From contig JAAOMT010000523.1 of the NCBI GenBank assembly GCA_016748015.1, positions 1 through 64,000 of the forward strand: 64,000 nucleotides of DNA, in the 5' to 3' direction. The position numbers and the translations under genes were made by a program. This document shows positions 14,926-27,925 of this stretch, one piece after another (the first letter of the stretch is position 1; the number at the start of each line of letters is the position of its first letter). Origin of the DNA: Geosiphon pyriformis uo1. Taxonomy: Eukaryota > Fungi > Glomeromycota. The notes beneath the pieces were generated by a model. The model was not told the DNA's origin. It was given only the letters and a program-made list of their open reading frames with translations, and did not search any database.

Positions 14926-16348
14926 ATTATAACAAGATTTAATTGTATTAAATTTTTTTTAATTATAACCCAAAAAAATTATTAGTTGTAATTTTAAATA
15001 ATATTTTATTTTTTATATTTAAAAAACTTGATGTTTAAAATAAAAAAATGTTTTTTAAATAATAAAAATAAGAATGAAAAAATAATTTACAAATTTTAAA
15101 ATAAACTTAAAACTTTTATTATTTATACAACATTTTATTATATTTAACATGTAACTATGATAAATAAAAAAACATAAATGTAAAAATTAGAAGCAAAAAT
15201 CAAAGAATATACTGGTTTAATTTTTTTTTTTACTTTAAGTGGTGGTTGAAACATTTTTTTGACCCAGTTTTTATAACCGAAGCTTTTGAAAAAAATTTAA
15301 TATATAATATAATAATAATAATAATAATAATAATGATTCCTGATCTCTAATAAATGGTTTGATTGTGATCCAAAACTTTGGATTTTAAAATGCTAAAAAA
15401 AAAACTTAGAGATTTTAAATTTAACATAAATCAAATACGTTTTTTAGAAGTAGTGAACCAGGTAATTTATTTAAATTTCTAAATGAAATAAGTAAGAACA
15501 ATGATTCTCTTCAAAATTAATAAATTGTTTCAATCAAAATTTTTATTATCAAAGTAAGATAGAGGAAAAGAAGAAAGATCGGTGGTGTGATAACTTATAA
15601 GACCAACAAGAAGGAGCATTTTAACAAAAAACTGCACGTACCCATTTAAAGTTTTATAATTTTTGAGGATGAGTTTCAAAATGAACTAAACGTCATCAAT
15701 AATGAAGGAACTTACCCAGTGTTCTTTAATAATGGGCAGTGATTTCCATATCTGATGATTTAAAAAGTATCAAGACTATCCTATAAGAGAAACTGATGAT
15801 CAAAAGGTTTAAAAAAATCTATGATATATATTTTAAGATATAATGCAATCACTTCTGATATCAAGCCTATTCTTTCTCTACTATTTTAAACATGTGCATG
15901 CATTAGCATTGGTTATTCAAACTGAGACGAAAATACGTAGGCAGGCAAGTGTTGTCCAACAAAGGGTTGTAGAAGTTGAACTCCTCATTAGAACTCCTCA
16001 TTACTGATAACAGAAATGAATGCAAATATACTTGTAATACTTTATACCAATTTTGTATATAAATGCGTTAAAGTGTAGAAATAGGTCTCGATCATTATTA
16101 AATTTCATCATCATCGTTTTTTGATTGTCGTTGTTCTGACTACAATTTTTTTTTGATATTCATATCCTGAGACTTTTTTAAGTAGTTAGTGTCGTTTATT
16201 AACATTGATTGTTGATAAATATCTAAAAAACACACCTAGCTACACTTCGAAACTGACTTTTTTACCAAAACATATTAAACTTACTTTAAAAAATTTGGAT
16301 AATCGTTGATTGTTTTCTTTGGAGTCGATTAAAATTGATGATAAAAAC

Positions 16349-16531
16349 ATGATAATGATGATGGAAACGATCCAAGAAGTCAATCATAACGATATTAACC
16401 ATAAGAATATCATTAGAGGGAAGGAAAATAAATTTATAAAAAAGACCTCAAATAGTTTTAATAATAACAGCAGCAGCAGCAGCAGCAGCAGGAGCAGGAA
16501 AAGTTCTGTGAGTAGTAATTATTATCATCAT

Positions 16532-16563
<32 letters not shown>

Positions 16564-17989
16564 GGAAACAATATTATCATCAGACGAACAGCATCATCAA
16601 CTAGTGGAGGAACCTCTTCCAATTTCTCCGAGTACTACAGCAAGAACTTCACCATTACCTTGGGCTTCACGTCCCCCTTCACGTACAACATCTCGAGCCC
16701 CTTCACGAGCACTCTCTCGTACAAGTACAAATTCATCTGCGCCAGGTCGTATTTCAACGGCTGCATTACTTGCCGGTCCAGATACACCAAGAGATGATGT
16801 TAAACAACTCAAAGAACTTGCACAACGTAAAAATCTAATATATCTTGGTATTCCAGCCATAATTAACATACCATCAACTCGTGTAAAAGAAACAACTCGA
16901 GGAGTATTTCACATTTATAATCCTACTTCAACTGCAATATCATGGAGCTTAACACCAACTTCTAGTGTATTTTATAAACGTGGAGAATCAATGTCTAGCA
17001 CACTTGGTCAAAAAGTTAATGATGGAATATTTGTGATAATGAAGCAACATGGATTTTTACGATCTGGCCAATCGGAAAGGGTTGATATAATTTTTACACC
17101 TTTGGCCATAGGAGTTTATCATCAGGAGTTTTCACTGGGTGAAATTGAAGCTGGTAAATCTCAAACTACTGGTGAGAATAATGAAGTCGTCGTCGAATTA
17201 CAAATAGAAGGAAACGGATGGCCCCCTCTACCAGAACGGAAAGAAACACAAAAAAAAGAGATTAAATTTGAAGTTTCAGAAAACGAAATCAAATTTCCAC
17301 CTACTCGGATGGGAAAACAAAAAACTCTTGGTATAACAATTGAAAATCCGACAAAGGAAACAATAAGAATCAAATGTAAATGTGAAGTCACTGGAGCAAC
17401 ACTACTCGGACCACCAATCTTGTCAATTCCTTCATCTGTAATGATTCTAAAACCTGGATCGATCATGACATTACCCATATGTTTTCATCCGAGAAAATTA
17501 GGACTAATTAAAGGTGAAGTAACCTTAAGTTCGCCAATGAGTAAATCACAAGTAAAGGTTGATGTTATTGCACAAGCTGTCAGTTCAAATTTTAAATCTG
17601 ATCGCTTATTGAAATCGCCAACCGCTACGAGTATAGACGGGGAAGATACTGTCAATAATCGAGGCAGCAAAAATATTGGGAATACTGATCCCTTTGGTTT
17701 GAAGGAAAATAATGAAACCAATCTTGAAAGCAATAATAGCCATTCAGAAATTAGTAACATTATCATTGATACTGCGGATATTAATCAACTCGAGTCAAAT
17801 GACGATGATGATCTTGCCATCGTTAAACCGATAGAAGATGATATTGAGAGGAAGGATATCATGAATAAAGTTGGCCAAAAAAATATCGACATTCAATTTG
17901 GTGAAGATAATACAACTTTAGATGTGTCTGATGTTTCCTCGAACGGATCCACAGATACGACCAGAGTTGACGAATCTAATTCACAATGA
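16349..17989 (+). CDS. Intronless protein with Ser/His-rich N-terminus and two tandem ASH/PapD-like Ig domains, resembling the CEP192 C-terminal domains
   Basis: Open frame 16310-17989, first ATG at 16349, normal GC/CpG. Motifs IPSTRVKE..HIYNPTSTAISWSL..G.L..GQSERVDIIFTP...G.Y.Q and FPPTRMGKQKTLGITIEN..LPICFHP. Domain call made from remembered similarity. Confidence 0.75.
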
Positions 17990-18900
17990 TCCTCAAGGAT
18001 CAATTTTGAATCAAAAAAATCACCAATTCAATTTTATGCCACCATCTCTGCATTCTTAAATCATCCATATCACCCTTCTCATTTTTTGAACAATTCTCAC
18101 TAAGCTTTCTTTGTAAATTTCGGTTTTTATGTTGATTTATGTAAACTAAACATTGATCATTTGATTCATCCTTGTAAAGTTTTTATTATGTCTAGCTCAT
18201 CATCAAAAAAATTTCCCGATCACTCTTTCATCGTTTTCGTGTTTGAAAGCACGACAAAAATTATATGCTTTCTCTAATTTTCTTGTAACAATTCTTTTCA
18301 ATTATAAATGACAATTGTTTCTGTGATTTGATTTTGATGAGTTTATGTATGAAATTTTGGCGTGAAGATTTGTTTACCCTCGGGATTGTCGAGATCGTTT
18401 AATTTGTACCATATTTTAATTATTAAACCGCTAATATCAGAAGGAATAAGACATATGACATAATAAAAGTTAATTTTGTAAATATTCATGCTTTATATAA
18501 ATATAATTAATTTTTAGTTATATATACAGTACGTACGTATATTAACATTTGAATTCAAATAAATATTAATTTTATTATTTTACAAGTGAGGCCCAACCCA
18601 TTATCTACTACAATACAACAAGATATAAGTGTTTTAAAGTAAACGTAGCTCATTAAAATTTATGATTTTCTTTTTTATCAAGTTTTTTATTAAATAAAAT
18701 ATTAGAATTGATTTAATATATAATTAAAAGAATAATGACTAAAAAATGAAATTGATAATTAAATCTTATTTTTAATTGTGATTTTTTGTAATAACATTAT
18801 AATTTTATTATAATTATAATTATTATTTTATTAAAATCATAAATCAATTAAAAAGTTAAAATCACATAAAATTTATAAATTGATAATTAAACTTATAAAC

Positions 18901-18993
<93 letters not shown>
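18901..18993. repeat. (TAT)n microsatellite, ~31 units
   Basis: Perfect trinucleotide run seen directly. Confidence 0.97.
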
Positions 18994-18996
<3 letters not shown>

Positions 18997-19353
18997 ATAT
19001 CATCATATTTATTTTAGACTTTAATTTTTGATGTTTATTATTTAAATATGTATATGATTTAAATCTGTTATTATATTTACAATTATATTTTTTTTAATAA
19101 AATAAATAACTATTAAAAAATAGAAACGTATTAATAAATTTTAAAACATCAATAATAAAAATCTATAATTAATATTAAAACAATAACAATATTTTATTTA
19201 TTTAAAAATAACAATAATTTAAATCATAAATAATTCTAAAGGTTCCAGATTAGTCTAGTCAATTTCACTCTTCACATTGTTAGATCTGCTATCATTTTGA
19301 AAAAAGAACAAACAATTGAAAAAAGCGACCGTTTTACATGAGCAAACCTAAAT

Positions 19354-21659
19354 ATGTGGAATTCGACATCGCCCACCAGTCAGTCTAATGCTAATTCCTT
19401 CCAAGATCCAGGTAAGGATCCAATTTCCCCAGAAGAGGAAGAAGAAGAGGAGGAAGAGGAGGAGGAGGAAGAAGTTCTTATGCAAGAGCCAAATAACGCT
19501 TTTCAGGCAAGATACTATGGTAAACTAATTATTTCCTTACCTAAATCTGACTTTCGATCTCGAGGAACGAGCGTTATTCAAGTCTTTCAATCGAGAAAGT
19601 TCAATTTTTTACGAATGAAACGACTCTTTTAAAAAGTTTATTTTTCCTTTTGATTCAGATACTGATTCTTCCAATGATACTGGAACAGAGTCTCTTACCT
19701 GGATATCATGGTTTTGCTCCCTTCCCGGTCACGAATATTTTGCCGAGGTTGCTGAAGATTTTATCGAAGATGATTTTAATTTGACTGGCCTTAACGCGAT
19801 GGTTCCATTCTATAAAGAGGCGTTGGAAATGATATTGGATGTAGAACCCGGTAAGGATGGCGAATATAGGGTTTTGTCGGTTTAGTTGAATTTTAAGGAG
19901 TACAGGTATCTTTTTTGGTTTTGGTCTTCCTCTCCTTGGATAATTTTTCCCGTGGAAACTGTTAAAAAGCCCAAAGAATGAGGCATGGGAAGGGAAGAGG
20001 AGGGCGAATAGGTTCGTTGCGTGTTTTTGGGATTATCAAGTGTTGGTGCGAAGCATTCATTTTTCCGATCATACATAGGCTTTTAATTAATCTCAAAAGC
20101 TTCAACGATCTCCATTCATGATTCAATTAATTTATCCCATAAAATGCAACTTATGATGATTCCTACGATTTTTTTGAATTTCCTATCCTAAGAAGAAGAA
20201 ACTATAAAGGTGCCGGATGTTTCGATCGTGGAAAATTCTGCCGAATCGCTCTACGGTCTTATACATCAGCGTTTTATCATAACACGTCAGGGATTACAGC
20301 AAATGGTAATGAATATATATACCTTTTTTTTAAAAAAAAAAATCCCCATCAAACTCAGGAATTATGTTCATTATCATCTTAGGTTGAAAAGTACGAATCA
20401 GCAAATTTTGGTACTTGCCCTAGATTTTACTGCCAATTATGTCCCGTAGTCCCGTGTGGCAGAAATGACATGCCTACAATTGAAACTGTTAGATTGTTCT
20501 GTCCGAATTGTCTTGACCTATATACCCCGCCAAGTTCAAGATATAATAATATTGATGGTAAAGACTCAAATTGATTCAGTATATAGCTCTCTCGATGGTT
20601 CTTTGTGCTCAATAAGATTTCTTATGGCTCCTAGGTGCCTATTTCGGAACAACCTTTCCTCATCTACTTTTTCAACAGTACCCTGATTTGCTTCCACGTA
20701 CGCCAAATCTTATATATGAGCCAAAGATTTTTGGATTCAAAGTTAATGAAAGAAGCCGCAGTGGACCAACAATGCAATGGTTGAGAATGAAGCCTGGTAG
20801 AAATGATAATGAAGAAGGAGAAGGTGTAGAATCAGATTTGGATAAAGATGAAAATGGTGGGAATGATCCCACATTTTATGGTCAAGGAACAGGTGGAAAC
20901 AATGGTGCGCAAATTCCTTCTCATGAAAGTAGCTTTGCCCCAGATGGCCCGCTTAAAACAAACATTGGAAACAAGGGGGGTAACGATGGCGTTCAGGAAA
21001 ATTTAGGTTCGTTTAAAGAGGAAAAGGAAACAATTATGTCACAAAATTCCCCTATCCCTCCTGAAGATCAGGCTCCTATGGAAGTAAATTGCACAAAAGA
21101 CTCCGGTTCGATATCTGCAGATGGGAGTTTTGGAATGGCTCCCTTAGCAAAATTAATTCCTTTTCTAATTTCCCCAACATTGCCGGCTTCTCAGACTCCT
21201 CTCCCTAGCCCAACAGAATTAACTCTATCTTTGGCCAGTATATCTACTGATGTGACTTCCGCTCAACCACAACCGTCATTGTCACTTTCATCGCCAACAT
21301 CATCCTCCTCTTCCTCCTCCTCCTCCTCCTCCTCCTCCTCACACTCACTATTGGACAAATTACCTAAGAGTAGTTATTTGAGTGTCAATTCTCTTGGCGC
21401 ATATGCTTCCTACTTCATTCAAAGAGAAAATCCAACTACGATGAAAGTCGTGAGCGATATGAGCAATTACAAAAACGGTTTGACTCGCAATCAGAGTGAA
21501 ATACAGGAGCTAAAAGTGAACAGTCCTGGTATAATGAGTTTAGGGCTGGCCAGTATGACAGAAATGGGCAGGGACTTTTATGATAAGTGGACAACCGCGA
21601 CAAATAGTAAAAAACATAATGTACTTAAAAAATTAAAAGGTGAAACACGAGACATTTAG
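19354..21659 (+). CDS. CKB1: Casein kinase II regulatory (beta) subunit, 5 exons, ~556 aa with long C-terminal extension
   Basis: Exons 19354-19519, 19659-19850, 20193-20305, 20383-20557, 20635-21659 (GT-AG; total 1671 nt, in frame). Motifs [71 protein letters not shown]. Confidence 0.95.
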
Positions 21660-22699
21660 TGAATACAAATCATAGTGGAGTTGAAATTGCATACTTGCCA
21701 AACGCCATGTCGCCGATCGTTTGCATAACTCTGAAAATTCCCTGGAATTGAGCATCAGAAATTGGAGTTATTTATATCGCATAAACTTTGAGCGGGAACG
21801 TAATCGTTCGCTCTCCGAGTATTTCGACATAAATGAGGATTGCAAAGGATGCCGCCTTTATGGTATATTCTGTTTGTTTGGGTTTTGTGATATATTGACC
21901 ATATGCACTCTCATATCGTACAAATTTTTGGCTCTTATAATATATAAATGGATTTACCAATTTATCATTCTCATGGTAATTCTCCTCTTTTTTTATATTC
22001 TGAAAGACACAATTCCAATCAATCATCAAACTGCAAAAAATACCAGTTCTGATATCGCTGTGAGAGCGTTTTGGAGGAAATGAGCGCCTTTTTTTGTATT
22101 TTGCCAGTGTTTTTTTTTTTGCGTGTTGGACTTACCATTGTGCTTTTGTCTATTTAATTTCAGCTCTCTTTTAATTTCTCATGAATTCCCATACCCTTGA
22201 TTGTCAAGAAACGTTATATCCATCTCTAGATTTCACAAGACTTCTGATTTTTTAATAATAAATTATGGATGTGAAAATTCCCGCTAATCTTAAAATATGA
22301 CGCAAAGTTTTATGAGATTAGTCATGGCTATAGATTTCTGGTTGCTTACTTTACCATTTTCTTCAAAAATGGTCAGATTTTTTTGCTAAATATTGTTGGA
22401 CGATTTCAAATCTGTTATCGAATTCACAAGGTTAAAAAAAACATTGGGAAGTATAAATTTACCCCACAATGTCTATCAAATTTTTTGCTCGTTGATGTTG
22501 AAAAATTTTAGGATTTTGATTGTATTTTCGTAGTGTCTTGCTCGATAACTTTTTTGACCAACATCCTTCTATACCCCAAAAATGTAAGTTCATGCTTTCC
22601 TTTCACTACTGTCTTCCTGTTTTAGATAGTAACTGTTTTTCTCAATTGCCTATTAAATTCTTTTTTCAACAAAATTTAATTGATAACAAAATATATCAT

Positions 22700-25600
22700 T
22701 TGTAAATAATATAACAAAAACATTTATAAATTATATATTTAATTCAATAAAAACTTAATTGAAATTTATAACAACAATAATAATATTATTAATTTTTTAC
22801 ACTTTAAAAAAATTTATAAAAAACAATTTTAATTTAATTTAATTTAATCTATTATTTATAATATAAAGTTTTTTTAATAATTATTGTTAATTTTAATTTT
22901 ATTTGTTTTATTAAATATAATTATTTATTATTTACATTATATAAAAAATTGATAAATTTTAAATAAATTTAACTCATATGTTTATTACGTACACATAATT
23001 AATTATTTGTGTTAATTTATTTATTGCTTAAATAAATATGGTTTTTTTACAATTTACGTTTGTAATACATATAAATATTTAAAGCAAATATAGATTATGT
23101 ATTTTTTATATAACTGGTTAATTAAACTAATTAAACTATATTATATTATATAAAACAAAATTAAAATCTTGAACCAAAACCAAAATATTATAATATAACA
23201 GAAATTATAATTAAATATTTAAACAAAATTAGCAAATTTATAAAATATAGATAGCCAAAAGCTATACAAAAAAATATTTAATTTAATAAGCACATTTATA
23301 TTCATTAAAATTTACAAAATTTTAAATTAAACAGTAAATTTTCAAATTAAATATTTATTAAAAATATAATTAACTTTGTTTTTTAATTTTGTTTTAATAA
23401 GTTTTTAAAAAACTAACATATTTTTAATATTAACTACTTAATATTAAGTTTTTAATTAAAAACAAATATATTATCTTATGTTATATTTAGTTTTAATATA
23501 AAAATATTATAATAACAATAATAAATTATTTTTTAATTTTCCCAATTTTAAAAACAAAACAAATTATGTTTTTATATATAATTATATTAAATTAATTTAT
23601 TAAATTATTTGTTTTAAAAATTATATTAATAAAATAAAAATTAAAGTTTTTTTTTTCTATTTTTTTAAAATATTACTGGTTTTAAATTAAGATTGTATTT
23701 ACAAAGTTTTAACTTAATTTGTTTATATGTTTTATAATATTAGTTGACTATATTGTTAAGATATAAACTATTTATGTAGTTTTATTTATTTATTTATTTA
23801 TTAGTATTATTTCAATAGAAAAACCAATCTAAAACTATTAAAAAAACATAATTAATATATAATAACATAGAAAAAACTTAATAATACAAAATAATACAAA
23901 ATAATTCAAAATAATTCAAAATAATACAAAATAATACACAAAAACATAAAATAATACAGAATAACTAATTATAATATTAAAAAAACAAAACAATAATAAA
24001 AATAATAAATAATAATAAGTAATAACTAGTAATATAAAATAATTAAAAGCAATTTTATAAACTAAAAAAATATGTATAAAAACAAATAATTTTAGTAAAT
24101 AAAAAAGAACAACAAACAAAAAAAAACAAAAATTACTTATCTTTTAAATATCTTAACCTTAGTCTAAAACAATTTTATTATTTATATTTGTAAATCAATT
24201 TAATAAAATCTTTTTATTACAAATTATTTGTATATAATTCCAATATTTTGATTGTCAAAATTAAATCAATTGTCTTTATTACTTTCACTTTAAGCCAAAT
24301 ACTATTAGCATAAATAAAATTAAAATTCTAATAACTTAAACTAATTGCTCTTAATTATAATAATTAATAATACTAATTTTTCTTTTTTTTCTTTTTTTTT
24401 ATTTTATTTTTATTTTTATTTTTTTCTTTCTTGTAAAGCAACAACATTGAAAATCAACTGTCTAAAAATAAACTTTGTAATAGTTTAGTAAAAAAAAGAA
24501 GCTTCTCTTAAGTTTAAATATTAATTTTATCTTATTAGTTTACCAAAAAAGTGAAAAAACAATGTCAAATCTTAATAACTGTACTTACTAATTTAGAAAA
24601 AAATACAATAAAAACAGCATAATTAAAGAAACCAGAATTTTGTGTTTTATAACAAAAAGACTCAATAAGTATAATTTTTGATAAAAAAATCTTTAAAGAT
24701 TAATAATTAACTTAATTAATTTCTATTATTAAAACATAAGCACTAAAAGATATGATTTTATTTCATCAAGTTTATTTATAATACTGACAGTTTTGTTGGT
24801 ATTATTTAAGTTGTTAACATTTTAATCTTGATAATTAAGCCAATTTTAAAACAGTTATTTAAATTTTTGGGCAAAATAATTTAAATTAAGCTATATAATA
24901 TATAAATTTTTACTTTTGGTAAAAGTTGTTTGAGAATATAATCACTAAATAGTTTATTTTGTTACATAGTTTTTATAATAATAGTATTCAAAAATATATA
25001 AAAATTCTACTTTGACAATAACTGTACTTTATTTTACTAATATAAAACTTGGTAATTGTACTTTAATAATTATACATATTTATATTAGCAACAAATACTG
25101 CTACTTTTAATTTCTATATTTTTTTCAAGATCTTTATTTTTTATTTTAAACTATTTATAGACAAAGTTAATAATATTATTTTTTAAATAATTAAGTATTC
25201 TTGTTAATTAAACAATTGGTTTTTTTTTAGTAAATTATTCTTTATAATTTTTTTCTTATTTAAATAATAAATATATTACATAATTTGTGATAAATTGTTT
25301 ATAATATGCATATAATACTTATTAATTTAACTTAGCTTTTATCAATTTCTAATTAAAACAATATTTTTTATATAAATAATTTAAAAATAAATTAATCTAA
25401 TAGATTAATTCTTAATCTCTAAACTAGAAATATGTAAACACTAATTATTATGTTGAAAATCTAAAAGCTTTGTATTAGATTGTATTTTTAGAATGAATTG
25501 AAAATTGTATTTATAGTAATATAATAATTTTTATGATGTTATATATTGGAATCTATTGCCCCCTTTTTTTAATTTTTATTAGGCATAACATATTTTAATA

Positions 25601-27750
25601 TTCCAAATTAATAAATATTAAATTTTTTAATACTTTTATTTTTTTCAAAATTATTTTTTTATTAAAAATAAGCAATACTTTTACTAATATTATGTAACTG
25701 AAATTCAAAAACCATGTATAAAAAACTTCATATAAGATATTTGAAAAACTTGTTATTATTAATAAAGCCAAAAAGTTTAGTATTTTGGCTATAATATATT
25801 AATTAAGTATTGATTAGTTAATAATATTATAATCAATATATAATGAAAAAAAGTTTAGTAATACTATATTAATAAATTAATATATTAGTATTAAAAAAAT
25901 TTCAATATATTTAGCTATTAAAATAAAATTTCTTAAATAAATTAATAAATTTTATCTTGTTAAAATTACAGTAATAACAAGTATTATTAAAATACAAATA
26001 ATTACTATTTTTACAACAATTTGTGCAAATAAATATTCAAATATTTTTAATCAATTTATACTTTTGATTTTTGGTTCTATTGGTTTTTAAAAAAGCATAA
26101 TCTTTTTTTTTATCATTATATTAAAATTAACCAAAGATTATTTAGTGATTTAAATAAAAAAATCATTGAATTTTAAAAATTTATAATCCAATTTTAACTA
26201 GCATATTAGTATAATCTTTTTTAAATAGTTAATATAGATAAAACTTTCATTTATTTTAACATAAAAGATTCTATTATAATTAATATAAAAAAAGCCAAAA
26301 CTATTCAAATTTAAACAATTAATAATAACAAAATTTGGTTTATTTGTGTCTTAATTATAATAACAGATAGTTGTAAACTTTTTTCTATAATAATTTTTAA
26401 AAATATACAAATTCTTTTTAATCTTCTCAAAAATATTATCATATATATATAAAAAAGCTTAGATAAATAAATATTTGATGTGTAAATAAACAGGTTAAAT
26501 TTGAAACAAATATTCTAAAATATTAATAATATTCATACTTATTTTTTTACTTGTTATAAATTTATTTAAAGAACACAAAACTAAATTAGTATGTTAAAAA
26601 TACAATATTAATAATACTTATATAGCAATTATTTTTGGTAATTTAATATTAATTATTTAATTTTTGAATATATACATAAACAAAATATTTGAGAAAAAAA
26701 TGGCAATTATAAATAAGTTATGAAAATTTTTAATTAATTAAAAATAAAAATTTAAAAAAACCACAATATAATTTGATTTTCTAGTGAATTTTAGAAGTAT
26801 AAAAAAATATTTTTTTTAAAATAATGATTAAATTATTTAAAAAATATGAAATTTTTAATGTATAAGATAAAACTAAAAATAATTTATTATATAATTCTAA
26901 TACAAAAATTAGTAATCAAATTGATAATTTAAATAAAATAATAAATAAAAATAATATTTCTGTTAAAAAATTAGAATTAAATAAATAAATAAAAATTTAT
27001 TTTGGTATATATAAATAAATTGTTTATTTAACTTTTTTAAGATTTTTAGACTTAAAAAGAAAAAATTGTTTATTTACAGAGATTGCTTATTTATAAAAGT
27101 TTATAATAATTGAAATTTTGATTATAATTATTATTAAAAACAATTAAAATAAACTTTAATTAATTGTTTAAAAAAACTTTAAAAAACTTTTTTTTATTTA
27201 AAGTTAATAATAATTGTTAAAAGTTGATTTAATTTTATATTATTTACACAAAATGCTTTAAAAAAATATTATTTAATTGTTTTTACTTTAAAAAAAGCTT
27301 TTTAAACATTAAAATTAATAGAAATAATATTAAAAATAAAGATTATAATTATTATTTTTTTTTTAAATATAATTATAAAAAAAAAAGAAAATATATCTTA
27401 AATTTTAATTAATTTAAAAACTGTTATTAAAATATAATATAATTAAATTATTATACATAAAAACAATTTTTTACAAATTTTAATAATTAATGATTGGTTT
27501 TTTAAAATAGTTATTTAGTAAATATTAAAAAAAAAGTATAATTTAAAATCAACAATAATTTATAATATAGTGTAGTATATTTATTTTTCAAAATATATTA
27601 CATTACAAATAAAATTTCTATTTTTAAATAAATATTAAAAAACAAAATTTTGACTTTTAAATATTTAATATGTATTGTTATTTAACAAAAAAGTAATAAT
27701 AATTAAATAAAACAAATGTGTATTAATTTTTTTCAAATTGAAAGTCACCC
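22700..27750. mobile_element. Extremely AT-rich block of near-unreadable TE relics, including a LINE 3' end (-) at ~23040-23450
   Basis: Almost no CpG and no credible ORF; residual similarity to the LINE tail and LTR family 1. Confidence 0.6.
23805..24710 (+). repeat. Decayed, 3'-truncated LTR of family 1
   Basis: TATTATTTCAATAGAAAAACCAATC matches the start of LTR 8722-9746 (TGTTACCTGAGTAGAAAAACCAATC); collinear to ~24710. Confidence 0.8.
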
Positions 27751-27925
27751 ATTAAATAAATAAATTGAAAAGTTGTGCATAATATGAAAAAAAATTATTA
27801 ATTGATTTAAAACATGGACTCATAAAAAATATCAATATGATTTATCAAAGTTAACCTTTCAGCCTGCAACCGATAAAATTAAATTAGGCTAGCAGGGTGA
27901 TTCCTGATGCTAAAGAAATTTAGAG

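Noticed and set aside
15751-15800. Hammerhead ribozyme or C/D snoRNA (CTGATGA...GAAAC)
   Set aside because: Stem II does not pair convincingly, and I found no flanking stems or proper box arrangement.
21721-22083. 120-aa (+) and 85-aa (-) ORFs after CK2 beta
   Set aside because: No recognisable motif, non-ATG starts and 3' UTR position; probably spurious.
26960-27110. Possible pogo/Tc1-type terminal inverted repeat
   Set aside because: Too decayed; no matching partner end or transposase identified.
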